DNA of 63,999 nt, counting the filler. It is 6 parts of 6 records of this genome, joined end to end, with 100 filler letters (N's around TTAATTAATTAA, not from the genome) between each part and the next. Parts side by side here need not be neighbours in the genome. Positions count along the whole stretch, not along the records: positions 26,347 to 38,135 come from SRR31147125_9741; positions 38,236 to 50,013 come from SRR31147125_9745; 4 more parts are not named here. The stretch is one strand, 5' to 3'. Below are positions 31,200 to 42,028 of this stretch, piece after piece. The translations under genes were made by a program, and so were the position numbers. The notes under the pieces were generated by a model, which searched no databases, had not been told where the DNA came from, and worked only from the letters and a program-made list of their open reading frames with translations. The first letter of the stretch is position 1; each line of letters starts with the position of its first letter.

Positions 31200-32093
31200 T
31201 TATATTTCTGGCGTTATCCAATTCTTTGAATCATCTAAGGTAAGTTCAATGAAATTTTTAAGTGCAGGTGAAATCCATTTGTCTTTATGATAAGCGACTT
31301 GCGAAACCATTTCCCCTTTTTCAAGATTTAGCAGTTCGATTGAAATGCTATTACTCTTAAGCTCATCTATAACTGTTATTAAAGGCAGCAAGGATATGGC
31401 TATTCCGTTCATAACGCATTTTTTAATCGTTTCTATACTCCATGATTCCATAACATTATCTGTATAGAGACCCTTGTTTTGTAGGTGGGTTTCAAAAATA
31501 TATCGATAACTACACCCTATCTCCGTAAAGATAGTAGCAAGGTTTTCTTTCTCTGAATCTTTAGAACGGTTAAAGTAATTAGGAGGAAATACTATTCCCA
31601 TTTTTTCTTCTATTAAATCATTGACTATTAGCTCAGGATTAGATTTTTTACTATCTAAAAGAAAAGCAATATCTAAATCGCCTTTGTTAAGAGCTTGTGT
31701 TAATTTAGCATTAGCAACATCCTTTATAACGATATTCACTTTTGGGAATCTCTTTTTATATTCTTTAAAAATATAGTTAAGTCTATAATTTAACAACGAT
31801 TCTGGTGCGCCTATCTTTATTGTTCCGCTTGGTATGTCATTATCGTATTTCATGTTGTCAATTTTGTCATAGATATTTAAAAGTTGATTCGTATTTTTAA
31901 GCAACTGTTTGCCAGTATCGGTTAAGATGATGCTTTTGCCCATTCTATCAAATAAAGGTGCACCCAAATGTAGTTCTAATGCTTTTATATGTGCTGTAAC
32001 ACTTGATTGCGCATACCCCAAATACTCTGAAGCACGAGTAAAGCTTCCTAATTCAACTATCGTTTTAAAAGTTTTAAAGTGACGAATTTCCAT
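31200..32093 (-). CDS. LysR family transcriptional regulator
   Basis: GSFTRASEYLGYAQSSVTAHIKALE..LFDR HTH. Confidence 0.95.
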   Translation of the reverse strand: MEIRHFKTFKTIVELGSFTRASEYLGYAQSSVTAHIKALELHLGAPLFDRMGKSIILTDTGKQLLKNTNQLLNIYDKIDNMKYDNDIPSGTIKIGAPESLLNYRLNYIFKEYKKRFPKVNIVIKDVANAKLTQALNKGDLDIAFLLDSKKSNPELIVNDLIEEKMGIVFPPNYFNRSKDSEKENLATIFTEIGCSYRYIFETHLQNKGLYTDNVMESWSIETIKKCVMNGIAISLLPLITVIDELKSNSISIELLNLEKGEMVSQVAYHKDKWISPALKNFIELTLDDSKNWITPEI

Positions 32094-32130
32094 TTTGAAC
32101 CTCTTTAATATATGTAGTTTGCTCTATTAT

Positions 32131-32145
32131 ATCAGAAAAACTGAT
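32131..32145. promoter_or_regulatory. LysR-type T-N11-A binding box
   Basis: ATCAG-AAAAA-CTGAT palindrome between the divergent lysR and DMT genes. Confidence 0.6.
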
Positions 32146-32230
32146 GGATGAGTTCGTTTATTTCAATTTTACATATACTAATATGATGTATATAATTCTT
32201 TTATCGGATATGTTAAATGGAGGCTTAAAA

Positions 32231-33130
32231 ATGAAGAGCATAATTAAAATAATAATCGCAATGCTTATATATGGGAGCATAGGAGTTTTTGTTAAAAATA
32301 TTAATGTGCCACCTATTGAGCTGGCATTTTTAAGAGCACTGATAGGGAGCATATTCTTGTTTATAGCTGGATTTATTATGAACAAAAAGTATTCTAAAAA
32401 ATCAATAAAAGAAAATTTAGTGTTATTAATAATATCAGGCTCAGCTATGGCAGTTAACTGGGTATTTTTATTTAAAGCATTCGAATATATTTCTGTATCC
32501 AATGCTACGCTAGTTTACTATTTAGCCCCAGTATTTATGATTATATTATCTTCAATTTTCTTAAAAGAGAAACTCAATATGTTTAAACTGCTTTGTGTTG
32601 CTGTGGCTCTCGTGGGGCTGTTTTTAATTATAAATGATAACTCTAAAACTATAGAAAATTCCAAGTCATATATAATGGGGATCATTTATAGCCTATCGGC
32701 GGCTATACTATATGCAAGTGTAATTATAATGAACAAGAAGATAAAGGACTTGTCAGGATTCCATTCAACACTGTTTCAACTCGTCTTTTCTACAATCATC
32801 TTGCTTCCGGTTGTTCTTGTCAGATCAAACTTAAGTATAGAAAGATTAAATAATAATTCAATCATATATATTGCAATTCTTGGTATACTGCATACAGGAG
32901 TAGCCTATCTCTTGTATTTTTCAGCTGTAAAAGAAATGAAAGCTCAATCAGTAGCCATCTTCTGTTATATTGACCCTGTTTCGGCGGTGGTATTTGCTTC
33001 GATCTTTTTGGGTGAAGCGTTAAGCCTCTATGGTATAATTGGTGGTTTATTAATCTTGGGTTCTACTTTTGTAAGTGAGCGTGGGTTTAGATTTTTAAAA
33101 GCAAAGAGCAAAATCCAAGACATAACTTAA
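32231..33130 (+). CDS. DMT/EamA family transporter
   Basis: Ten TM helices, two EamA repeats (YLAPVF..FLKEK; YIDPVSA..FLGE); start re-called at MKSIIK after GGAGG. Confidence 0.9.
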   Translation: MKSIIKIIIAMLIYGSIGVFVKNINVPPIELAFLRALIGSIFLFIAGFIMNKKYSKKSIKENLVLLIISGSAMAVNWVFLFKAFEYISVSNATLVYYLAPVFMIILSSIFLKEKLNMFKLLCVAVALVGLFLIINDNSKTIENSKSYIMGIIYSLSAAILYASVIIMNKKIKDLSGFHSTLFQLVFSTIILLPVVLVRSNLSIERLNNNSIIYIAILGILHTGVAYLLYFSAVKEMKAQSVAIFCYIDPVSAVVFASIFLGEALSLYGIIGGLLILGSTFVSERGFRFLKAKSKIQDIT

Positions 33131-33163
33131 ATAATTTTAATCATAAAGGCAATATAGGGTTGA

Positions 33164-33975
33164 TCAATATCCTTGGTCGTATATTAGCCAAGGGCTGTTT
33201 ATATCTTCTCTTATCATTATAAAAGCCCATCTTTCATAAGTACCCTCATTATACGGTGAATTCTTATTTTTCAAAGACACATCATAGTCAACTTGTATTA
33301 TAATTGTATTCCCGTCTTTTTTATCTTTATGATAACTGAATTTACTTTGAAATATCGGGTCATATTCATAGATTTTTAATAGTTTGAAACTTTCATTTCC
33401 TTTTAAAGCTTCATTGCTATAATTATTCCTATTGTCATTCGTATACATAACTGACTTAAGAAGCTCAATATCTTTTTCGTTTCGAGCTTTAAAGTATTTT
33501 TTATTGTGCTCTTTGCATTTTCAATGTCACTATCGCTAAAACCATAAACAGTATCTGTGTTTTCGGATGGACTATTTTGAGAAACAGGGTATTTAAGCAT
33601 CAGTTCATCTAAATAGTTTTCGAGTTGGCTGTTTTTTATATTAAATTGTTCATTGTCATATGCAACTGTTATAAAACCTTGTGTCCCGTACCATAATATG
33701 ATCTCGTCCTTATTATCTAGTGTAATCGTCGCGCTTTTCAGGTGCGTTGTTCCTGCATCATCTGTATATGTTTTGGACTCGTTTATTAAGTCTGATATAT
33801 TATCAAGTGCATCTGCATGCTCACTATCTAAATTGCAAACGACTTTGCTGTCCGCACTAGAAACATCCATAATGCATAGTGATTCGATTTTAAGATTATT
33901 TAAAATATCTTCGCTTGGTCTACAACCAGTAAAATATAATATCAATAAAAAAGTAATAAAAGTTAATTTTCTCAT
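33164..33975 (-). CDS. Lipoprotein with C-terminal DUF4829-like domain; frameshifted
   Basis: Lipobox FTGC; C-terminal frame WAFIMIREDINSPWLIYDQGY. Confidence 0.6.
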
Positions 33976-34097
33976 TTTTTCACCTCTTAAATAGTATACC
34001 AAGTATTAACCAATATTATATAAAAATAATGTTAATAGAATATGTTTATCGTCAATAGTAATAAAATACAAAGGGTATGATAATTTCGACACTCTGA

Positions 34098-34119
34098 CCT
34101 TCTGATTTCTCAGAAGGTA
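34098..34119 (-). terminator. Hairpin after the MutS2-like gene
   Basis: ACCTTCTGA-TTTC-TCAGAAGGT. Confidence 0.5.
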
Positions 34120-34183
34120 TAGACTGTTTAGGTTGATTTTAATGCTTATAATATAAGATTGTATTATTTAGTATAAAACTGTA

Positions 34184-36113
34184 TTACTTATTTTCCTCAA
34201 TCGCATCAATACGCATTTGCAGTTCTTTTAAATCTTTAAAGCGTCCTTTTTCAATATCTTTTTCCAGCTTTCTTCGTTGAAAAGAAATAAACAACTGATC
34301 TAAGTCATATCCATGTGGATAAAGCTCTTCGCGCCGTCTGTCCAGCTTCGTTCTTTTTCATAAATATTTGTATACTCACCATCATCAAAAGTGACAACTG
34401 TATAATCCGAAATTTTATGTTCAAATACTAAACTGAACTTTTTAGATTCGGTTAAAAAAACTCTATCTCCTTTGTTGTAAATAGTTCTTGCTTCATCGAT
34501 TCCTTCGCTTTTTCTGGTTATTTCTTCAACTCGGCTTTTCTTTTTAGCAAACTTTTTCACTTCTTTTACCTTAACGATATCGTGCCTAGAATTTATACTC
34601 TTAACTCTGTTGATGATTTTTCTGGCAACCCTAATTGTTTAGATATCCAAAGAGCATTGCTTTGTCCTGCAACACCAATTTTGAGTTTAAACAGTGGCTG
34701 TAATGTTTTTTTATTGAAGTCCATTGAAGCGTTAATAAACCCTTCATGTACTTCGCTATATTCTTTAATCTTACTATAATGTGTGCTGACAACTGTAATT
34801 CCACCTCTGCTATAAATTTCTTCCAAAATAGCAATGCCCAATGCCGCACCATCCTTTGGGTCCGTTCCTGTTCCGATTTCATCAATCAACACTAATGTTC
34901 TTCTCGATGATTTATTCACAATTTCAACTAGGTTTTTCATATGTCCTGAAAAAGTTGATAGAGATTGCTCTATGCTCTGTGAATCACCGATCTCCACAAG
35001 TATTTTGTTAAAAATCGAGATGGAGCTCCCCGAGCCTACTGGAGGAAGTATACCACTTTGTGTCATTAGTGCTATTAGGCCAATAGTCTTTAATACAATT
35101 GTTTTTCCGCCCGTGTTTGGACCTGTAACAACTATTGTTCGGTAATCGGTTCCGATTGTGATATCGAGAGGAACAGCTTCTTTACCCAGCATTGGATGTC
35201 TTGCTTTTTTAAGATCAATAACTTCATCATCGCGTATTTCAATTTCGTTCCCGCCAATATCTACAGAATATTTACCTTTTGCAAAAATAAAGTCGTATTT
35301 ACCAATAACCTTTGTCATGTCCTTGATTTGCGAAATATTTTCTAAAACCATACCCGTTAAGGTAGTTAAAATTTGATAACACTCTTCTTCCTCTTGCGCT
35401 TTATACATCATTATTTCAACAGTTAAATTCTTTATTGGATCAATTTCAATAAAGACAGTTGAACCAGAGCTAGAGGAGCTTATGACTGTACCTTGAACCA
35501 ATTTTCTTGCAGAAGCCTTAATTGGTATTACATATCTTTCGTCTCGTTGTGTATAGTAGTTTTCTTGTAGATACTTTGCGTTTTTACTAGAAGTTAGAAA
35601 CTTATTAAGCCTTTCAAGTCTCTTTTGGTGTAAAGCTTCTATCTTGTTTCTGAGTTTTTCTAAATTTTTACTTGCACGAGAATGCACCATGCCGTTTTCA
35701 ATGCAAAACTCTATCTCGTTTTCTATAGCTTCAAAATTACCAAGCCCTAAAGAATAAGAGTAAAGCACAGGCGCTGATAGCTCATATGTGCTTATAGATT
35801 TTTTCAATTGCCTTGCACATCTTAAAAAATCAGAAATCTTTATAAGATCATCTGGTTGTAGTATTATCTGCTTTTCGATCTTTTTTAGATATGGATTTAT
35901 ATCGTTTATGCCACCAAGCGCAAAGCCTTTGCCTCCAGAGAAAATATTGACTGCCTCTTTTACTTCTTCATATTCCTGCAAAATAATTTTGGGATTTGTT
36001 TTTGGAACCATCTGCTTAACTAACTCTGCGCCCAAATTACTTGCTGTATATTTTTTTATACTCTGTTTAATATCATTATAACCAAGTATGTCTATTGCTT
36101 TTTCTATGCTCAA
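34184..36113 (-). CDS. Short MutS2-family ATPase lacking the Smr domain (about 640 aa; frameshifts near 34620 and 34340)
   Basis: TTG start after AAGGAGG; RDERYVIPIK, SSSGSTVFIE, ARHPML, TGPNTGGKT, STFSGHM, IDEIGTGTDP, STHY; KOW-like YNKGDRVFL; ends YPHGYDLDQLF..RKLEKDIEKG..ENK* at 34184. Confidence 0.85.
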
Positions 36114-36154
36114 TTTTGTTTCCTCCTTACAGTACTCTGTATTTTTAAAAATAC

Positions 36155-36183
36155 AAAAAAATCGCAATTAGATTAATTACGAT
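36155..36183 (-). terminator. Leader (attenuator) terminator upstream of the MutS2-like gene
   Basis: AUCGUAAUUA-AUC-UAAUUGCGAU followed by UUUUUU, about 40 nt before the start codon. Confidence 0.8.
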
Positions 36184-36427
36184 CAAACAGATATCTTTTT
36201 TACGAATATGGGAATCTATTTAACTGTTTTCATAAAAGAAAAGTCAAAAAGTTAAAAAATCCATATTATGAAGTTTGATATTTTGATAAGTGAAGTAACT
36301 TAATCTAATTCTATCAACACTTTATTAAAATCGTAAATCAAATTAGGGATAACAATATACCCACAATGCTTTTTTAGCATCATTTAAATTTAATTATTAC
36401 GAAAACCAAAGTGTTATTTTGATACCT

Positions 36428-36449
36428 TTAGTTAAGATAATACACTCAA
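36428..36449 (-). CDS. Putative leader peptide: TTG-start MSVLS* (36449-36432) or GTG-start MYYLN* (36445-36428)
   Basis: Strong SD GGAGG at 36460-36456; both readings overlap the anti-antiterminator. Confidence 0.6.
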
Positions 36450-36494
36450 AAAATTCCTCCATATTATAAATTTTATAAGTTGTAATATAAATGA

Positions 36495-36523
36495 ATACTA
36501 ACATTTAGCATTATATATGTCAA
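36495..36523 (-). promoter_or_regulatory. SigA promoter of the MutS2-like leader
   Basis: TTGACA (36523-36518)-17 bp-TAGTAT (36500-36495) with TG extension. Confidence 0.8.
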
Positions 36524-36762
36524 GGATTGTACTGTGCTTTTTTGAATCTTAAATATTATTTTTGCTTTGCTATAGTCGTCAATATAGTTGGTTTAGTGCC
36601 ATTTTCATCACTTGATTTTTCTTTATTGATATGGATGAAAAGCTCTACTAAGTGGTGCTAACTTCTTGAATATGTAAACAATTCTTTATATTGGTGCATA
36701 TCTGTTTGCTTTTTGGTATAATTTTCTCATTATATTTTAGTAGCTGCCCCAAGGGAGGTCGA

Positions 36763-38135
36763 ATGAGGAGTCAAAGAAAAAAGGTATAACGCTTTCTTAT
36801 ATAAATATGATTTTTGGAATAATTCTTGGATTACTAAACTCAAAGATTATAGTCCAATTTGTATCTCAAAGCGATATTGGCGTATATGCTACTTTAGGGT
36901 CATTGATTGCAGTTATGGGCATTTTAGATTTTGGTTTTGCAGGAACTATAATTAGATACTACACAAAATCACTTGCACTAGAAAATGAAATTGATCAACA
37001 GAATACATTAGCTACAGGTGCTTTGATATATGTTGTGATTTCAATGATTATAGTTATAGTAGGGTTTTTACTCTTTCCTTTAATCGAGATTATATATAAA
37101 GTTTCTTTTACTGATCCGCAATTGATTCTTGCAAAGAGAATATTTATAATAATGATAATTAACTTTGTTCTTTCGATTTGTACAAATGTTTACAATGCTG
37201 TAATAACTTCTCATGAACGATTTGTTTTTGCTAATGCCATTGGTATAGCAAAAGCAATTATTAGTCCAATTTTAATATATATGTTGCTCTATAAAACAGG
37301 GAATATTATGGTAGTAGTTATTATCCATACAACTGTAAATATATTAGGAATAGTAGCAAAGATTCTCTACTCACACGTTAATCTCAAAATAGTGATTAAA
37401 TTCCACTATTTTGACAAAAAATTATTTGCAGCTATAACAGGCTTTGCTTTTTTTGTTTTTCTTAACATGGTAATGGATAAACTATATTGGTCTACAGATA
37501 ATCTCATATTGACGGCTGTTGCAGGTCCTGTAATGACGTCTGTATACGCATATTCGGGAACACTTACAAGATACTATCTCAACTTTTCTTCTCAGATCGC
37601 GAGTGTTTTTTTGCCAAAGATCACTACAATTTCAACCAATACTGATGATATGACAGAGTTAAATGAGATTTTTTTAAAAGTTGGAAGATTTCAATATATC
37701 ATTATTATGCTTATTCTCTCAGGTTTTATTATATTCGGCAAGGAATTTATTACGGATTACTGGCTAAATGAAAACTTTGAAAACGCTTATTATTTTGCAC
37801 TTATATTAATGATACCTCTTGTTGTACCGCTTATACAAAATACTGGCATTTCAATTTTACAGGCAAAAAATAAGCATAGATTCAGGAGCATTATTTATGT
37901 GCTAATTGCCATTTTAAATTTTGCTTTATCAATTCCGCTTGCAAAGGTCTATGGTGGTTATGGATGCGCAATTGCAACTGCGGGCTCACTAATATTAGGA
38001 CAATGGGTTATCATCAATTTATATTATAAGAAGAAAATTGGAATTGCAGTTGGAATATTCTTTAAGCATATTATAAAAATGTCTTTACCAATGATTATAG
38101 TAGCTAGTCTTAGCTACTATTTGAATTCACTTGTT
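36763..38135 (+). CDS. Polysaccharide flippase (Wzx/MOP family); early frameshift; 3' truncated
   Basis: GGAGG + ATG at 36763; LDFGFAGTIIRY, ERFVFAN, LYWSTD, LQAKNKHRFRS; many TM helices. Confidence 0.85.
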
Positions 38136-38235
38136 NNNNNNNNNNNNNNNNNNNNNNNNNNNNNNNNNNNNNNNNNNNNTTAATTAATTAANNNNNNNNN
38201 NNNNNNNNNNNNNNNNNNNNNNNNNNNNNNNNNNN
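38136..38235. other. Artificial contig linker
   Basis: N-run + TTAATTAATTAA + N-run. Confidence 0.99.
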
Positions 38236-38587
38236 AAAAAGAAGCATGTAAAAAAGTGATAGTTTTATAAATGTGCGCATATTTATGAGATCCGAAATTG
38301 TCGATATGGTAATCTAAAGTATGTCTTTTTTATAATAATGATCTAATGAATCAAAGATCCCCCGTATTTCTGGTAAATAAAGTTAAAAGACGTCAAGCCA
38401 GGAAAGCGATATACAACAATCCTTTTTATTGCACATCCTGGATGACAGATGATGAAAGAATCCCCCAAACAATTCAAAGATAAACTACTAATGATTAATA
38501 TGTTTAATTATACTTGAATTATCATCATTGTGGAAACGTCTGACAAGACGAAAAGTTTCAAAAATAGTGCAAAACGGGAAAAACAAT

Positions 38588-38932
38588 CTAGGAATTTTTC
38601 CCATCCGATGAAGATTCTGTCTCTGTGTTTGGTTTAAATCCCATTTGCTTCACATTGTTTGGTGATTCGGTGAAAACTTTGATTTCACCAAACTGGGCTT
38701 CGTATTTTTTTATGTTTTCGGTCAACGCTCCCAGTAACGATTTTGCGTGCTGAGGTGTCATGATAACCCGTGCATAGACCTTACTTTTTGGGACGCCTGG
38801 GACAATGCGGGTGAAATCCAGAATGAATTCAGCTGGTGAATGACTAATCAATGCCAGGTTCGAATAGATGCCTTCAGCTTCTTTTTCTCCGAGTTCGATG
38901 TTAATTTGTTGTTGTGGTCTTTCAGGTGCCAT
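38588..38932 (-). CDS. DUF3467 family protein
   Basis: INIEL..AEGIYSNLALISHSPAEFILDF..ARVIMTPQHAK..L.ENIKKYE..FG. Confidence 0.85.
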   Translation of the reverse strand: MAPERPQQQINIELGEKEAEGIYSNLALISHSPAEFILDFTRIVPGVPKSKVYARVIMTPQHAKSLLGALTENIKKYEAQFGEIKVFTESPNNVKQMGFKPNTETESSSDGKNS

Positions 38933-39322
38933 GTTATTTAATCTCCCATTTGTATAAAAAGCGAACTTTTTAATTTGCTAAACAGTGTATTGTTACGTTT
39001 GCAAATCTGAATACGGATTTGTCAATCGAATCAGTCAACATGATATGAGTGATAACGATTGAGATGTTATTTTGTGTTTTGTTTTCTTAAAGCGTTTATT
39101 ATAATAATTATTATAGAGAATGTAAATAAAAATTTTATCCCTCATATTTATTGTATACGAGACGATTATTTAGTAACCATTTATTCAGGTTTCAAAAAAA
39201 AGATTTATATAGTCCATATTCCTTAAAGCTATCTTTTAGTTGCATCAAAAAATTGTTTTAATTACATTAAATGATATAATCGAACTTGCTACAAAACCTG
39301 TATTTAAACTAAGAGAAATTTT

Positions 39323-42028
39323 ATGTCTTCAACATCGAAAAAGAGGCTATTTTTAATAGATGGATCTGCTGTCGCCTACAGATCGTATTTTGCGTTTTAT
39401 CGTAATCCTCTGATTAATTCAAAGGGTGAAAATGTTAGTGCTGTTTTTGGATTTACAAATATTGTTTTAAATATCCTTGATAAAGAAAAGCCTGATTACT
39501 TTGCAGTTGTTTTTGATACGCCTGAACCTACTTTTCGTCACGAGATGTATAAGGAATATAAGGCTCAACGTTCGGCTATGCCGGAGGACATGGTGGAACA
39601 ATTACCCAGAATCAATCAGGTCCTGGATATATTACAGATTCCAGTTATTTCCAAACCGGGCTTTGAGGCAGATGATGTCATGGGAACATTGGCTCACCAT
39701 GCTGAAAAAGAGGATCTGAAAACAGTGCTGGTCACAGGGGATAAGGATTTTATGCAATTAGTCACTGCGAAAACAATTGTATATGATCCTAAAAGAGCCG
39801 GTGCTGAGCCAGAATGGCTTGATGAAAAAGCTGTGCAGGCCAAAATGGGTATTTCTCCTGATAAGATCATTGATTTTCTAGCTTTGACCGGAGATACATC
39901 GGATAATATACCAGGAGTAAATGGCATAGGCCCGAAAGGTGCTGTGAAATTATTGAACACATTTGGCTCTCTGGAGGAAATTCTTGCAAATAGTGACAAA
40001 ATTTCCAACAAGAGAAATAGAGAGAGTTTACAAGCAAATATAGAAATAGCGAAATTATCAAAAATACTGGCCACCATTCGATGCGATGTTCCTCTGGATG
40101 TAATACCAGGTGAATTGTTACAAGGAGAGGTCAATAATCAAAAAGCGGTTGAATTTTTTCAGGAAATGGAATTTCGGACTCTAATGGATCGTTTCAGTCA
40201 ACGGGAGGTTCAGGTTGAGAAAAAATACCACCTCATAAATACGCCTGAAAAATTATCTACGTTTATAAAAAATCTTTCAGGCCAGAAAGTGTTTTCATTT
40301 GATACAGAGACTACCAGCGTTGATCCAATGAATGCTGATTTGGTTGGGCTTTCATTTTCCTGGCAGGATGGCGAAGCTTATTATATTCCTGTAAAAGGTC
40401 CAATGGACATGTTGGATGAAACCCCTGTTCTGGATGTGGAGCTTGTGCTTGATAGTTTACGACCTGTTTTAGAAGATAAGAAAAAGAAAAAGTGTGCCCA
40501 TAACGCCAAATACGATATGCTTGTACTAGATCAACATGGTGTTAACGTGTCAGGGCTTGAAGTGGATACTATGGTTGCCAGTTATTTGATAAATCCATCT
40601 GCACGCCAGCATAATCTGGATGCTGTGACATTGGAATATCTTAATTTTAAGAAAATTCCCACATCCAGTCTTATTGGCAGTGGCAAGAAACAAATTACCA
40701 TGGACCAGGTGCCTGTTGCAAAAATTACAGAGTACGCATGCGAAGATGCAGATATGACCTGGCGATTACGCGAGGTTTTGATCAAAAAAATAAAAGAATA
40801 TGAGCTCGAGAGCCTTCTTAATAATGTTGAAATACCACTTGTTGATGTATTGTTGGATATTGAAAAACAAGGGGTTATGTTAGATGAGCTGTTTTTGGCC
40901 AGAATGTCGTCAGAATTGGAGTTGGATCTCACAAAACTTGAAAAATTTATTTATGAATTGAGCGATGGTAAATTTAATATAAATTCACCTAAACAGCTGG
41001 CAACTATACTTTTTGAAAAGCTGAAACTGCCGCCTTCAAAAAAAACCAAAACAGGCTATTCCACAGATGTAAGTGTTTTGGAGGAACTGGCAAAGAACCA
41101 CGAGTTACCGAAACAAATTCTTGAGTATAGGCAATTAGCCAAATTAAAATCGACCTATGTAGATGCATTACCGAAATTGATAAACCAAAAATCAGGTCGT
41201 GTACATACTTCCTATAATCAGACTGTGGCAGCTACAGGACGGCTTTCATCCAGCGATCCAAATTTACAAAATATTCCCATACGAACAGAAATAGGCCGTA
41301 AAATCCGTCGTGCATTTATTCCATCTGATCCGGAACATGTATTGCTGGACGCGGATTATTCTCAAATTGAATTACGTATTATGGCACACCTCTCAAAGGA
41401 CGATACGTTAATGGCATCATTTTTGCAAAATGAGGATGTGCACAGTAGAACCGCGGCTCTGGTTTTTAATGTGGATGCCGACAAAGTGAATGCCGATCAG
41501 AGAAGAAAAGCCAAGGAGGTCAATTTTGGCATTATGTATGGAATGGGCGCCTATGGGCTTTCACAACGACTCGGTATCAGTCCGCAGGAAGCAGATGAAT
41601 TTATTCAAACTTATTTTGCCAGTTATCCAGGTGTACATGAGTTTATGATAAATATTGTTGAGCAAGCCCGGAAACAAGGTTATGTAAAAACTCTGTTAAA
41701 CAGACGACGATATTTACCAGAAATTAAAAGCGATAACCGTCGTGTGAGAGAATTTGCCGAGAGAACAGCCATTAATACACCCATTCAGGGTAGTGCTGCT
41801 GATCTTATTAAAGTAGCCATGATATCGATTCATAAAAAACTGACAGAAAAATCATTACAATCAAAAATGATATTACAGGTGCATGATGAACTCGTGTTTG
41901 ATGTCCCCAAAAATGAATTGGAGATCATGAACGAACTTGTGCGTCATGAAATGGAAAATGCAATTCATTTAGATGTACCCATAAAAGTAGATGCTGATGT
42001 AGCTGATAATTGGTTGGATGCCCATTAA
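39323..42028 (+). CDS. polA: DNA polymerase I
   Basis: 5'-3' exonuclease (LIDGS, EADD, GDTSDNIPGV), 3'-5' exonuclease (FDTET), polymerase (TGRLSSSDPNLQNIP, DYSQIELR, QVHDEL). Confidence 0.99.
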   Translation: MSSTSKKRLFLIDGSAVAYRSYFAFYRNPLINSKGENVSAVFGFTNIVLNILDKEKPDYFAVVFDTPEPTFRHEMYKEYKAQRSAMPEDMVEQLPRINQVLDILQIPVISKPGFEADDVMGTLAHHAEKEDLKTVLVTGDKDFMQLVTAKTIVYDPKRAGAEPEWLDEKAVQAKMGISPDKIIDFLALTGDTSDNIPGVNGIGPKGAVKLLNTFGSLEEILANSDKISNKRNRESLQANIEIAKLSKILATIRCDVPLDVIPGELLQGEVNNQKAVEFFQEMEFRTLMDRFSQREVQVEKKYHLINTPEKLSTFIKNLSGQKVFSFDTETTSVDPMNADLVGLSFSWQDGEAYYIPVKGPMDMLDETPVLDVELVLDSLRPVLEDKKKKKCAHNAKYDMLVLDQHGVNVSGLEVDTMVASYLINPSARQHNLDAVTLEYLNFKKIPTSSLIGSGKKQITMDQVPVAKITEYACEDADMTWRLREVLIKKIKEYELESLLNNVEIPLVDVLLDIEKQGVMLDELFLARMSSELELDLTKLEKFIYELSDGKFNINSPKQLATILFEKLKLPPSKKTKTGYSTDVSVLEELAKNHELPKQILEYRQLAKLKSTYVDALPKLINQKSGRVHTSYNQTVAATGRLSSSDPNLQNIPIRTEIGRKIRRAFIPSDPEHVLLDADYSQIELRIMAHLSKDDTLMASFLQNEDVHSRTAALVFNVDADKVNADQRRKAKEVNFGIMYGMGAYGLSQRLGISPQEADEFIQTYFASYPGVHEFMINIVEQARKQGYVKTLLNRRRYLPEIKSDNRRVREFAERTAINTPIQGSAADLIKVAMISIHKKLTEKSLQSKMILQVHDELVFDVPKNELEIMNELVRHEMENAIHLDVPIKVDADVADNWLDAH

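Larger units (their letters stand above)
36155..36490 (-). promoter_or_regulatory. Ribosome-dependent transcription attenuator leader with micro-uORF
   Basis: SD + uORF; anti-antiterminator CUUAACUAA; antiterminator AAUUAGAUUAAGUUAC (36310-36295) complementary to the terminator 5' arm and loop. Confidence 0.75.
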
